Under the pieces are notes generated by a model. It was not told the origin of the DNA, did no database searches, and worked only from the letters and a program-made list of their open reading frames with translations. The translations under genes were made by a program, and so were the position numbers. DNA of 62,072 bases, the filler included. It is 5 parts of 5 records of this genome, joined end to end, with 100 filler letters (N's around TTAATTAATTAA, not from the genome) between each part and the next. Parts side by side here need not be neighbours in the genome. Positions count along the whole stretch, not along the records: positions 37,508 to 42,804 come from DRR723986_9230; positions 42,905 to 62,072 come from DRR723986_9236; 3 more parts are not named here. One strand, given 5' to 3'. Of the stretch, positions 37,510 to 48,100 are shown piece after piece; the stretch's first letter is position 1; each line of letters opens with the position of its first letter.

Positions 37510-38010
37510 GGCAACGACACGACCCGCAATTCCATGACCGGTGGGGTGCTGGCCCTGAACCGGTTCCCTCAGGAGTTCGATCGCCTGAAGCAGGACCCCT
37601 CCCTGATACCGTCCATGGTGTCGGAAATCATCCGCTGGCAAACCCCGTTGGCCTACATGCGCCGGGTTGCGACCCAGGACGTTGAGCTCCGGGGCCAGAC
37701 CATCCGCAAGGGCGACAAAGTGGTGATGTGGTATGCCTCCGGCAACCGGGATGAGCGGGCCATCGAAGACCCGGACCAGTTCCGGATTGACCGGAAAGAC
37801 GCCCGCAAGCATCTGGCCTTTGGCTTCGGGGTGCACCGCTGCATGGGCAACCGGCTGGCGGAGATGCAGCTGCGGATTCTCTGGGAGGAACTGCTCGCCC
37901 GGTTTGACCGGATTGAGGTGGTGGATGAGCCGGAATGCGTGCAGTCCAATTTCGTGCGCGGCTATACCCGTATGAACGTCCGGCTGGGCAAGCGGGATGC
38001 GGCTGGTTAA
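37510..38010 (+). CDS. Cytochrome P450, CYP153-like (5' truncated)
   Basis: GNDTTRNSM, EIIRWQTPLAYMRR, heme motif FGFGVHRCMGNRLAE. Confidence 0.9.
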   Translation, partial: GNDTTRNSMTGGVLALNRFPQEFDRLKQDPSLIPSMVSEIIRWQTPLAYMRRVATQDVELRGQTIRKGDKVVMWYASGNRDERAIEDPDQFRIDRKDARKHLAFGFGVHRCMGNRLAEMQLRILWEELLARFDRIEVVDEPECVQSNFVRGYTRMNVRLGKRDAAG

Positions 38011-40613
38011 TCCGACCAGCTTGCGTTGCGACTTTCTTCAGGCTGCCGTTGTTTTTCCAGCCAGTCGACGGTGTCTGTCAGCGATTGCGGGCGGCACAGG
38101 CAGAAGCCCTGCAACAGGTCCGCGCCCATGGCTTTCAGGCGGGCGGCGTCCTGGCCGCTCTCCACGCCTTCGGCCACTACCTGATAGCCCAGGGTGTGGC
38201 CCATGGTGATGGCGGTCTCGACAATCACCCGGGCGCTGTCACTGGCCTGGATGTCGTGTGCCAGGGTGCGGTCGAGCTTGAGTTCCGAGGCGGGGATCTG
38301 CTTCAGGTACGACAATGACGAATAGCCGGCCCCGAAATCGTCGATGGAGATACGCAGGCCCAGGGCGGACAGTCTGCCCAGTGCCTCCAGCCCTTTCTCA
38401 GGATCGTCCATGGCGGCCGTCTCGGTGAGTTCCACGGTGACATGGCCGGCCTCCAGTTGATGCCGAGCCAGGCTCTGGGCGAACTGTTCTTCCAGCCCCG
38501 CCGAGAGCAGATCCCGCGCTGAGACATTGATGGCCATCCCCAGGCCTGGCTGTATCTTCTGCAGGGTACGGAGATCGCTCAGGGCCTGGTCGATGACCCA
38601 GTGAGTGAGCTGCGTGATCACCCCGGTTTTCTCTGCCAGCGGAATGAAATCAATCGGAGGTACCCAGCCACGCTCCGGGTGTTGCCAGCGGATTAGGGCT
38701 TCAAAGCCGATGATCTGCCCGCTGCGGAGGTCCATTTTGGGTTGATAGTGAAGCTCGGTGGTGCCGCTGGTCAGGGCTTCTTTTAGGTCCGACATCAGGG
38801 TAAGCCGGCGCTCATCGTAGATATCGTTGCTGCGTGAGTAAAAGCCGGTTTCAAAGGGGCCGTGGGGCGCCATTTCCATGCCGACATGGGCGTTACGGAT
38901 CAGTTCACTGGCTTTGCGGCCGTGCTCGGGATAACTGGCGGCCCCAAATCGTGGGTGCGGTTCAATGGCCAGGTGGTCCAGCAGTACCGGCTCGGCCAGT
39001 TGTTTGAGGGCCTGGTCCAGGGGCTGAAAATTGTCGCCAGCCCGTTCCACGTCGACCAACAGGCCAAAGCTGTCGCCGGAGAGCTGGTATACCCGTTCCA
39101 CACGGCCCTGTTGGTCGACACTGGTGTGTAGCATGGGGAGCTGTTTGGCCAGTGCGGACATATGCTCGGCGATGGACCGTAACAGCCGCTCACTGCGCTC
39201 CAGGCCCAGGGTGCGGTTGATGTCTTTCAGGCGGGTAATACGGGCGACGCCGACCATGTAGCGGCGCTCCGGGTGGGCCCGAAGCTCTTCATCGATCATC
39301 CATTCAAACCGGTTCCGGTTGGGCAGGCCGGTAACCGGGTCGTGGCTCATGACGTCGTTCAGGCGGTCCTGGGCTTCGCTGTGGGCTTTTTCCTGTCGCA
39401 GGCTGTCGGCCTGGGCCCGGATTTTCTGTTCCCGTTCCCGGTACAGTCGGTCGGCCAGGGCCAGCGTGAGAATGAACGCTTCCAGCCCGGAGCCAATCTG
39501 CATGGCGTATTCGGTAAAAAAGGTTTCGGGAAACAGCCCCAGTGCGCGCCCGGAGGTGGCGAGCACGCCAATGGTTAATGGGGTCCAGGCAAGGGTAAAG
39601 AATATGCCGGCGCGCACGCCGGCGGCCCAGGCAATCGGGCCGGCGACCAGCAGCAGGGAAAAGAACACCAGCGCAGACACCGAGGCGAGCTGGATCCCGG
39701 TGTTGTAATTCATGAAAGGAACCGACACAAAATAGCTGATTTCAAACACCAGCATGGCAATGAGCGCCTTCCGTAACCGGGGGCTGTGCTGTCGCACCTT
39801 CAGGAATTCCATGCAGAACAGAATGGAAAACATGGCCAGGAATGGCATGGACAACATCAGTACATGGGCATGCAGGTCGGGCGCGTTGGGATAAAGGTGC
39901 TGGAATGAAAACCCGCGGATGGACGCAAAAAACGCCAGGTAGCCGAAAATGGCGAGCGCATAGAACAGGTAGAGTTTTTCCCGGAGCGTCAGGAAGACCG
40001 CCAGGTTGATCAGAATGATGACGGACAGGCAGCCGTAGTAGAAAAAATGCAGCTTCTGTTCATCAGCGACCGACTCGAAAAACTCGTGTTCGCGCCAGAT
40101 GGTCAGGGGCAGCACCATGGTCCCCTGGGTGGCCACCCGAATCATCAGCGTGGTGGTCTCTCCGGGTTCCAGTGCAAACCGCAACAGGTTGTTGGGGTGG
40201 TTTACATCCCTGGGGTAAAAGGGCCGGGTATCCCCGGTTTCCAGTGTCCGTGTAACGCTGCCGCCATCCAGCAGATAAAACCGGACATCGTCCAGTTGGG
40301 AGTAGCCGAGTTCTGCCACCAGGTTGAGCCGGGTGTCGGCCGCATTTTCGACAGGGATCCGGAGCCAGTATGCGGAGGAGGTAATGCCCAGGGTGGCTTT
40401 GCCATCCGGCTGGCGGCTCCAGCGGGCGTCTGGCAGTGCCAGCACGTCCTGGAGGGAGGCGGACGCATCAGGATCTTCCCAGTACTGGAACTGGCTGGCA
40501 ATGGGTTGTTCGGCGCTGATGACAACGGTTGGCGAATTGGCATAGGCGGTTTGGCTGCACAGAACGAGCAGTACAACCAGGACCGTGCGACATGCGTGTT
40601 GCAGGTTCACCAA
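38007..40613 (-). CDS. 7TMR-DISM sensor with degenerate GGDEF and intact EAL domain
   Basis: DISMED2 motif (AYWLRI), multi-TM region, HDPVTGLPNR, SGDSF, FEALIRW, ELTE, IDDFGAGYSSL, KLD, VAEGVE. Confidence 0.9.
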   Translation of the reverse strand: MVNLQHACRTVLVVLLVLCSQTAYANSPTVVISAEQPIASQFQYWEDPDASASLQDVLALPDARWSRQPDGKATLGITSSAYWLRIPVENAADTRLNLVAELGYSQLDDVRFYLLDGGSVTRTLETGDTRPFYPRDVNHPNNLLRFALEPGETTTLMIRVATQGTMVLPLTIWREHEFFESVADEQKLHFFYYGCLSVIILINLAVFLTLREKLYLFYALAIFGYLAFFASIRGFSFQHLYPNAPDLHAHVLMLSMPFLAMFSILFCMEFLKVRQHSPRLRKALIAMLVFEISYFVSVPFMNYNTGIQLASVSALVFFSLLLVAGPIAWAAGVRAGIFFTLAWTPLTIGVLATSGRALGLFPETFFTEYAMQIGSGLEAFILTLALADRLYREREQKIRAQADSLRQEKAHSEAQDRLNDVMSHDPVTGLPNRNRFEWMIDEELRAHPERRYMVGVARITRLKDINRTLGLERSERLLRSIAEHMSALAKQLPMLHTSVDQQGRVERVYQLSGDSFGLLVDVERAGDNFQPLDQALKQLAEPVLLDHLAIEPHPRFGAASYPEHGRKASELIRNAHVGMEMAPHGPFETGFYSRSNDIYDERRLTLMSDLKEALTSGTTELHYQPKMDLRSGQIIGFEALIRWQHPERGWVPPIDFIPLAEKTGVITQLTHWVIDQALSDLRTLQKIQPGLGMAINVSARDLLSAGLEEQFAQSLARHQLEAGHVTVELTETAAMDDPEKGLEALGRLSALGLRISIDDFGAGYSSLSYLKQIPASELKLDRTLAHDIQASDSARVIVETAITMGHTLGYQVVAEGVESGQDAARLKAMGADLLQGFCLCRPQSLTDTVDWLEKQRQPEESRNASWSD

Positions 40614-40763
40614 AAGCCGACCTCGCTAGCCAACTCTGACATTGTTTATTGTTATGTCTACCCCGTCAGTCTAGCAATGCTGGGCCGCGAGGGAAGCGCC
40701 ACGTGCGGTTTTTAATGTAGCAAAATGTGTCACATTGCTAAGTATTTGATGCGTCTTAGGGTT

Positions 40764-41573
40764 TTACTGCTTCTTCCGGCTGAGCGCCTCCATCATGCGG
40801 TTGACGGCTTCCAGGTGTTCCGGTTCGTTGTGGCTCATGCCCTGGAAACAGGCGCAGATATCCAGGAAATCCCGCAGTTCCGTGCGTTGGGCCATTTTCA
40901 TCAGGCGCTTGGTCAGCCGGGTGGCCTTGGCGGGCTGCTGGGCGATACTGCGGGCAAGTGTCATGGCCGCGTCCATTAGCTGATCGGCAGGCACCACGTC
41001 CATCACGATACCAAGTTGTTTGGCTTCGTTGGCGTCGATCACGCGGCCGGTCAGGGTCAGCTCAAACGCTTTCTGGTAGCCGATCAGGCGTTGAAGGAAC
41101 CAGGCCCCGCCGTCACCGGGTATGATGCCCAGGTTCAGGAAGGTTTCGCCAAACTTCGCGTTGTCTGCGGCCAGGCGAAGATCCGCCATGTTGGCCAGAT
41201 CAAATCCTGCGCCGATGGCCGGGCCGTTCACCGCCGCAATCACCGGCACTTCCACGGCGTCCAGTGCCAGGGGGATGCGCTGGATGCCCTTTCGGTAGCG
41301 CTCGGCGCATTCCGCCGGGTCGCCTGCGAAGTCCCCGCCCCGTTCCGCCATATCGCGAATATTACCCCCGGCACTGAAGGCCGAGCCTGCACCGGTGATC
41401 ACCAGCACGGATACCTCCTCGCAGCTGCTCACCCACTCGGCCGTGACAACTATATCGTCGATCAGATGGGAGCCGGTGAGCGCGTTGCGCAGGTCGTGGC
41501 GGTTCATGGTGAGCGTGGCCACTCGGTTTTCCAGAGTCAGCAGGGCATCGGTGAGTTGGGGCAGGGTACTCAT
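40764..41573 (-). CDS. Enoyl-CoA hydratase/isomerase family protein
   Basis: AFSAGGNI, IAAVNGPAIGAG, LGIIPGDGG. Confidence 0.92.
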   Translation of the reverse strand: MSTLPQLTDALLTLENRVATLTMNRHDLRNALTGSHLIDDIVVTAEWVSSCEEVSVLVITGAGSAFSAGGNIRDMAERGGDFAGDPAECAERYRKGIQRIPLALDAVEVPVIAAVNGPAIGAGFDLANMADLRLAADNAKFGETFLNLGIIPGDGGAWFLQRLIGYQKAFELTLTGRVIDANEAKQLGIVMDVVPADQLMDAAMTLARSIAQQPAKATRLTKRLMKMAQRTELRDFLDICACFQGMSHNEPEHLEAVNRMMEALSRKKQ

Positions 41574-41728
41574 AGTGGCTCCTTGTTGTTCGCGGTTGCC
41601 CCGATTGTGTCCTGACTGGCCGGCGGTTACCAGCAACCTTTGGTGGAAGACGCATCCAGTGTAATGAGGTGATGTGGTGGTTTTCTGATCAAATTTGAAA
41701 TCCCTGTCACGTTTCTGTAGCCTTTAAT

Positions 41729-41748
41729 TTAATTGAACGTTCAATTAA
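41729..41748. promoter_or_regulatory. BetI operator
   Basis: Perfect 20-bp palindrome TTAATTGAACGTTCAATTAA, 21 bp upstream of betI. Confidence 0.85.
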
Positions 41749-41769
41749 TAAAGATTGGATGGAAAGCCC

Positions 41770-42363
41770 ATGCCGAAAGTCGGAATGAAAGACACCCGCC
41801 GCCAGCAACTGATCGACGCCACCATGGAGTCCATCGCTGAACTGGGGATGCAGAACACCACGATCGTGAGCATCAGCAAGCGGGCGGGAATGTCGTCCGG
41901 CATCATCAGCCATTATTTCGGGGGCAAGCAGGGGCTGATTGAGGCCGCCTTGCGCTACCTGCTGGACCAGTTAGGCAAGGAGCTGCGGGAGCGCATGGCG
42001 AAAACTGATCGCTCCCCGGCTCAGCGGCTGGACTGCATCATCGAGTCCAACTTTTCCGAGTTCCAGCGTTCGGCGCTGGCGGCGAAAACCTGGCTCAGCT
42101 TCTGGGCCCGCTCGATGCACGAGCCGGGGCTGAAGCGTTTGCAGCAGATCAACAACGCCCGGCTGTACAGTAACCTGCGTTATTCCTTCGCGCAGGTGCT
42201 GCCGCAGGCCGAGGCGACAGCGGCGGCCCGGCAAACGGCGGCGATGATCGACGGGTTCTGGTTGCGCAGTGCCCTGAGCCTGGACCCGGCCGAGAGCTTT
42301 GAAGCCGGCGAGCGGCTGTGCAAGCAGTTTGTCCACGAGACACTGGCCCGGGCTGGCGCCTGA
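41770..42363 (+). CDS. betI: Choline-responsive repressor BetI
   Basis: MPKVGM...RRQQLIDAT, GIISHYFGGK, WLSFW, RLYSNL, IDGFWLR. Confidence 0.96.
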   Translation: MPKVGMKDTRRQQLIDATMESIAELGMQNTTIVSISKRAGMSSGIISHYFGGKQGLIEAALRYLLDQLGKELRERMAKTDRSPAQRLDCIIESNFSEFQRSALAAKTWLSFWARSMHEPGLKRLQQINNARLYSNLRYSFAQVLPQAEATAAARQTAAMIDGFWLRSALSLDPAESFEAGERLCKQFVHETLARAGA

Positions 42364-42425
42364 GCCAATTTGAATTCCACGGCCCACAAGGCCTGAAGAC
42401 ACCGAACAGAGGTTACCAACGCGCT

Positions 42426-42804
42426 ATGTCTGCATCTCTTCCTGTGGTTCAGAACTTTGTCCACGGCCGGTTTCTGGCCAACAGCACCGGCGAGACCTTC
42501 CCGGTGGTGAATCCGGCCACGGGCCAGGTGATCTATGAAGTGGAAGTGGCGGATGAGTCTGTGCAACAGGCCGCCATCGAGAGCGCCCGCGCCGGTTTTG
42601 CCCAGTGGGCCGCCACACCCGCCATTGAGCGCAGCCGTATTCTGCTGAAAGCGGTGGCTTTGCTCCGCGAGCGCAACGACGAGCTGGCGGCAGTGGAAGT
42701 GCGTGACACCGGTAAACCCTGGCAGGAAGCGGAAGCTGTGGATGTGGTGACCGGCGCCGATGCCATTGAGTTCTTTGCCGGCCTGGCACCGTCCATCGAA
42801 GGTA
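42426..42804 (+). CDS. betB: Betaine aldehyde dehydrogenase (3' truncated)
   Basis: NPATG, ERSRILLKAVALLRERNDELA...DTGKP..E...VDVVTGADAIEFFAGLA; follows betI. Confidence 0.92.
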
Positions 42805-42904
42805 NNNNNNNNNNNNNNNNNNNNNNNNNNNNNNNNNNNNNNNNNNNNTTAATTAATTAANNNNNNNNNNNNNNNNNNNNNNNNNNNNNNNNNNNNNNNN
42901 NNNN
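42805..42904. other. Artificial contig linker
   Basis: N44-TTAATTAATTAA-N44. Confidence 0.98.
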
Positions 42905-43004
42905 GGCTCGACCATGGCATCCATGCCGATGCAAAACGACACGGCAACGCCTATCCATTTTGAAAGGCCAGGGAATGGATTGCCGGATCAAGTCCGGCAA
43001 TGAC
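42905..43004. repeat. Alphaproteobacterial REP/RIME-like palindromic element (left end truncated)
   Basis: Left half GGCTCGACCATGGCATCCA; right half ATGG-ATTGCCGGA-TCAAG-TCCGGCAAT-GAC. Confidence 0.7.
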
Positions 43005-43045
43005 GGGCCCCAGAATAGTTTGAAAGTCCGCCTTCCTTGCTCTCA

Positions 43046-43072
43046 ACAGAAAAGCGCCGCAAAATGCGGCGC
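43046..43072 (-). terminator. Intrinsic terminator of the Fe3+-binding protein gene
   Basis: GCGCCGCA-AAA-TGCGGCGC stem followed by a T-run on the minus strand. Confidence 0.65.
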
Positions 43073-43095
43073 CCGTCTTTTTTGTCGATATGGCC

Positions 43096-44139
43096 TCAGG
43101 AGGCCGGGCCGTCATCAAAGCCGACTTCGTCGATCAGCTCGCTGGCGGTCTTGCGGTTCTTGGCAATGTCGGCAAGTGACAGGGTGTCTTTCTTGAACTC
43201 GCCCCAGCTTGCAACGCGCTCGGAAACCGCTACGCCCGGCTTGACCGGATATTCATGGTTGGTTTCGGCGTAGATCTGCTGCGCTTCATCGGAGGACAGG
43301 AACTCGATCAGCTTGACAGCATTGTCCTGGTTCGGTGCGTTCTTCGTCAGGATGACGCCGGCAACATTCACGTGGCTGCCACGGTCGTCGGTGTTCGGGA
43401 ACAGGATGCGGACGCTGTCGGCCCAGGTCTGCTGTTCCGGTTCCTTCTCGTTGGTCTGCATCAGGCCCATGTAATAGGTGTTGCCGAGTGCGATGTCGCA
43501 TTCGCCGGCGAAGATGGCCTTGACCTGGGCGCGGTCGTTGCCGGCAGGCTTGCGGGCAAGGTTGTCGCGAACGCCTTCAAGCCACTTTTCGGTTTCTTCC
43601 GCACCATGATGGGCGACCATCGAGGCGACCAGTCCGACGGTGTACACATGCTGACCGGAACGGGTGCACAGGCGGCCCTTCCACTTCGGATCGGCAAGTT
43701 CCTCATAGGTGATGCTGTCCTGCTCGACACGTTCCTTGGAAGCGTAGATCACGCGGGCACGGTTGGTCAGGCCGATCCAGTGGCCTTCCGGATCGCGGAA
43801 TTCTGCCGGAACGTTTGCATTGACGATTTCAGAAACAACCGGCTGCGAAATGCCGAGCTGTTTGGCACCGTCCAGGCGCCCGATGTCGACGGTCAAGAGA
43901 ACGTCGGCCGGAGAGTTGGCGCCTTCTGCCGCAATACGCTCGCCCAGGCCTTCAGCCGCAAAGACCACGTTGGTCTTGATGCCGGTTTCCTTGGTGAAAG
44001 CGTCGAGCAGCGGCTCGATGAGATAAGGCTGGCGATAGGAGTAGATGTTCACTTCCCCGTCGGCAAATGCGGGTACAGCGGTAAGGGTTGCCGAAGACAG
44101 CAGGGCAGCGCCTGCCAGGATGCGGAAAGTGGAATTCAT
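43096..44139 (-). CDS. Fe(III) ABC transporter substrate-binding protein (FutA/FbpA type)
   Basis: EVNIYSYRQ, SPADVLLTVDIGRL, RSGQHVY, GNDRAQ, NTYY, EYP. Confidence 0.93.
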   Translation of the reverse strand: MNSTFRILAGAALLSSATLTAVPAFADGEVNIYSYRQPYLIEPLLDAFTKETGIKTNVVFAAEGLGERIAAEGANSPADVLLTVDIGRLDGAKQLGISQPVVSEIVNANVPAEFRDPEGHWIGLTNRARVIYASKERVEQDSITYEELADPKWKGRLCTRSGQHVYTVGLVASMVAHHGAEETEKWLEGVRDNLARKPAGNDRAQVKAIFAGECDIALGNTYYMGLMQTNEKEPEQQTWADSVRILFPNTDDRGSHVNVAGVILTKNAPNQDNAVKLIEFLSSDEAQQIYAETNHEYPVKPGVAVSERVASWGEFKKDTLSLADIAKNRKTASELIDEVGFDDGPAS

Positions 44140-44248
44140 GTAACTCTCCCGTTGATATGGTTCTTGTTGCTCGGACGCGGGGTCCGAAGCTTGCCGGGAA
44201 TATGTCGCTAGCGGGACTTCAAGTCAATAAAACTAGTAAAATCAATAC

Positions 44249-44265
44249 TTTAGAATGATTCAAAA
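44249..44265. promoter_or_regulatory. Irr-binding iron control element (ICE)
   Basis: TTTAGAA-TGA-TTCAAAA compared with consensus TTTAGAA-N3-TTCTAAA; upstream of an iron uptake gene. Confidence 0.75.
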
Positions 44266-44408
44266 CTAACTGGAGGATTGCATTCCACTATTTTGCCGAA
44301 AACCGGTGAGAATACAGGAGTTTAAGACTCGACTTTAGGTCTGATGGTCATTGAAGCTTGCTTCGAAAGGCTGATCACGAACGCGTTACCGGCTGGCGTG
44401 AAAAACTG

Positions 44409-45128
44409 TCACACCCAGGCAAGCGCCTGCCGCAGGAAGGCTGTGCCATTGCCTGGCTGCCAAACGCCGTGCGCCATGATCACCCTTTCCGGTGTCCAGG
44501 TAAGGATCCTGTCCCGGCAGGTTCGGGCCTTTCGGCGGTCGAAAAAGCTCAGCCGCCATTCCAGGGGCGCATAGCCCTTGCCTTCGACAATGCCCCATAG
44601 ACCGGCAATCCAGCGCTGCCAGGGTTTCCAGTGCCGGTGCAAAAAACCTTGCGAGAAATGCTCGCTGAGATCGGCCAGGATGACCGTTGCCGAGGGCCGG
44701 TGCAGAAACACCAACTCGTCCATCACCGGAGAACCGGAAAAGCGCACCATGTCGATGACGCCTTCGAATGCATCTGGCACCGCCTTGTCCAGCGCCGGTT
44801 CGAAGGCGAGATCCGTACGCTTGGTAATGGTGCTCTGTGGTCCCCAGAGCCTCGCCTCCGGCCACGCCGCCTTCCAGTCCTGCAGAAAGAGATGGTGGAT
44901 CTTGTTGGGACTGACGAGATGTGCCGGGGTTCCGAGGGCATCGATCTGCTGCCGGACCGCCGGCGTCAAGGCGATGGGTGACCAGACCCACAGCTTGCCG
45001 GACGGCAGGCGAATGATCACACAGCGGGTCGGGTAACAAAATCCGTAGAAGGAGACAGTGTCCCCTTCAAGGATCCAGATATTGCTGTCGACTTCAACCA
45101 AGGCGCTCTCCTCTCGGGAGCCCGGCAT
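44409..45128 (-). CDS. DUF4336 family protein
   Basis: TRCVIIRLPSGKLWVWSP, LVSPNKIHHLFL..W, ELVFLH..S.T.ILAD, VIMAHG; TAATG overlap with the kinase stop. Confidence 0.82.
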   Translation of the reverse strand: MPGSREESALVEVDSNIWILEGDTVSFYGFCYPTRCVIIRLPSGKLWVWSPIALTPAVRQQIDALGTPAHLVSPNKIHHLFLQDWKAAWPEARLWGPQSTITKRTDLAFEPALDKAVPDAFEGVIDMVRFSGSPVMDELVFLHRPSATVILADLSEHFSQGFLHRHWKPWQRWIAGLWGIVEGKGYAPLEWRLSFFDRRKARTCRDRILTWTPERVIMAHGVWQPGNGTAFLRQALAWV

Positions 45129-48100
45129 TACTCCGAAAGCACCCGCTGTGTCGGGAAGATGATTTCCACCAGGGTGCCCTGATCCGGCGTGGAATCGATA
45201 TGGAAGCTGGCCCGGTTGGCTTCCACCAGTGCCTTGGTCAGCGGCAGGCCAAGCCCGGTTCCACCGCCGCGGCTGGAGGTATGCAGCTGCCGGAACGGCT
45301 CAAGCGCCGCAGCCAGCTGCTTGGCTGTCATGCCGGTGCCGGTATCGCGAACCCGCAGCGCGACTTCGCCGTTGCTTTCCAGCGCCGTCGACAGGATCAC
45401 CTGCCCACCGGACTTGTTGTATTTGATCGCGTTGGACAGAAGGTTCAGCACGATCTGGCGCAGAGACCGCGGATCAGCCACGACATCGGGCACGGATTCC
45501 GGCAGGCTGGCACGGATGATGACACGCTCCCGGTTGGCCTGCGGCTGCATCAGGGCAACGCATTCGTTGATGACGTCGTTGGTCGAGACGGCGGAGAACT
45601 TCAGATCCAGCTTGCCCGCCTCGATCTTGGACAGGTCCAGGAGATCGTTGATCAGGCTCATGATGTGCGAGCCGGATGTGCGGATATCCTTGAGATAGTC
45701 CTTGTAGCGGTCATTGCCGATCGGGCCGAAGCGCTCTTCCATCATGACTTCCGAAAAGCCGATGATCGCGTTCAGCGGGGTGCGGATTTCGTGACTGATC
45801 TTCGCCAGGAAATCGGACTTCTGAGAGCTGGCGTTTTCAGCCTGGCGCTTGGCCTGGGTCAGCTCTTCTTCTGCCGTCTTCCATTGGGTGATGTCGCGCA
45901 GCACCGCACAGTATTTGACGTCGTCCTTGTTGCCGCTGATCCGGCCGATGGTCATGAACAGCGGGATGAGTCCGCCGGTCGGAACCTTGCCAAGCACTTC
46001 GCGGCCATCGTTCAGGATCGAGGCAACGCCGTTACGCGACAATCCGTCCAGATAGTCGGCCGCCGCCCGGTGGCTTTCGGGCGCCAGGAAATCCGTGAAG
46101 GGCGCTCCGATCATGTCGGACCGGTTGGCGCTGAAAAGCGCCTCCGCGGAGCCGTTCACTTTCAGGATCGTGCCGTTCTGATCAAGCACGAGAACACCGT
46201 CGGTCGCCGTTTCCAGAATGGTGTCCATCTCGGCGATCTGGTTTCGCGCGCTATCAAGTTCCGAGCGGACTTCCGCAAAGAAGTTTGGCGAAGACGGAGC
46301 AGCGGTCGCAGGTGCCGGCTTGGCCTTGCGTTCGGTGATGGAAATCATCAGACCGCGCGTGCCGTTCCACGGAACGGAATGCATATGAGCATCCACATTG
46401 AGGACACCGCCATCCGACAGGCGCATCTTCATGGTCTCATCGACTTCACCATCCATGCCTTCGGCGTCCGGCAGCTCTTCAGCATCGTCGATGAAAAGTG
46501 CTTCCAACCCGCCAGCCTCGGAGAGCGCGGTGATCGACTTGTAGCCAAGCATGCTCAGCAGCGCCTTGTTGGCGTAGAGAACTTCCCGGTCATGGGCAAT
46601 GGCGATGCCGATGGGCAGGCGGTCCAGGAGGCTCGGGTCGATAGGGCCGGCTTCCGGAACTTCGGGCGGCAGCTCTTCGACCGGTTCCACCGGATCGGGC
46701 GCATCGAAATCTTCAAGGTCGCCCTCCAGCCGTGCTCCAAGGGCTTCGGCGATCTTGCGGAAGGCCTGACGTTCGGGCCGGGAAAGACCGGAGGTATCCA
46801 CCGGAACAACGCGCGGTTTCACCGTTGCGAGCGGGATGACCTGGCCTGTCGGTTTCGGTTCGGCCGGCTCATCGGCGTCGGCGGTTTCGGCAGCCTTGTC
46901 CTCGCTCTCGAAGGCAGCGGTTTCTTCGAAGAACTCGCGCTCTTCAGCCGCATCGTCCGTTTCCAATGACGCAGCCACGGCTTCGATCTCGCGGTCTTCT
47001 TCCTCAACAAGATCGAAATGGCTGTCTTCAAAGGCAGGCTCGGGCTCGAACAGATCTTCGTCGCCAGCCGAAGCCTCATCGGTTCCCGTTTGCTGGTCCT
47101 CGTCACTTCCGGCAGTTGCGACGGCTGTGGACGACATGTCGTCGTCTTCCGGGGCCGTGGGGTCTTCTTCTTCCTCAAAGAGGTCGCGAGACTTCTTTTC
47201 CGCCTCTTTGTAAGCCTTGGCGAGCGACTTGACCGCGCTTTCGATTTCAGCCGGTTTCAGCGCCGCTGGCCCGGAGATACCGGTTGGTTCGGCACTCGCT
47301 GGAGTGGGCACTGCAACGGCTGTGGTGGTGTCCCCTGTCTCATCACCGGTCAGCTCGTCGCTCTCAGCATCGGTTTCGCTGTCGGCGTCCGCTTCGTCTT
47401 CGTAATCATCGATGGCGGTGTCTTCGCTCGCTGTGTCGCTGACCTCGTCTTCAGGATCTTCGTCCTCAGCAACTGCATTAGCGTCATCGACGACTGCTTC
47501 TGCCACGTCGTCCGTTTCGTCGGTTGCAGTTCCGGTGTCCTCAGCGCTTTCACTGTCCTCAGGAACGGTTTCATCGCTGCCGGAGACGGGTTTGTCTTCG
47601 GCAGTCTCCGGAAGGTCGCTTTCCTCGGGAAGATCTTCGTCTTCCGGTGCATCTTGCAGGCCGGATTCCAGGGCCTTGAACTTGCTGTCGAGAGCTGCGC
47701 CGGGCAGATCGTCGAAATCCTTGACGGCATCCGGGGCAACGTCCTCTGGAGACGTGTCGGTTTCAATGTGTCGGGTATCCGCCTTGGCGGGCTCGTCTGC
47801 CTTTACCGGCGGGTCTGCCGGGCGCTGCGGGGCCTTGCCGGTGAACTTTGCCAGGGACCCGACGAGAGCAGCCGCACTTGCACCAAGAAAGGTCTTTCCC
47901 GCGAAAGAATCCGGTTTTGCCGGCTTCAATTCCGCAAGCTTGGCTGCTGCCTCCGCGGTTGCCTGCTGCTCTGCTGCGTCTGGTGAACCAGCTTCATCGG
48001 TACCAGCCTGACCAGTTGATGTATCTGTCGTCTCATCACCTGTTTCAGAGCGGACGTTTTCATGTCCGTTGTCATCGACCGCGGTGGCAATGTCGTCTTC

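Noticed and set aside
45200-46969. 589-aa plus-strand ORF (and similar long ORFs at 28886-30367, 12841-14046, 16223-17371, 4540-5655 and 57112-58632)
   Set aside because: These are shadow ORFs overlapping well-supported genes in GC-rich DNA, with no recognisable motifs.
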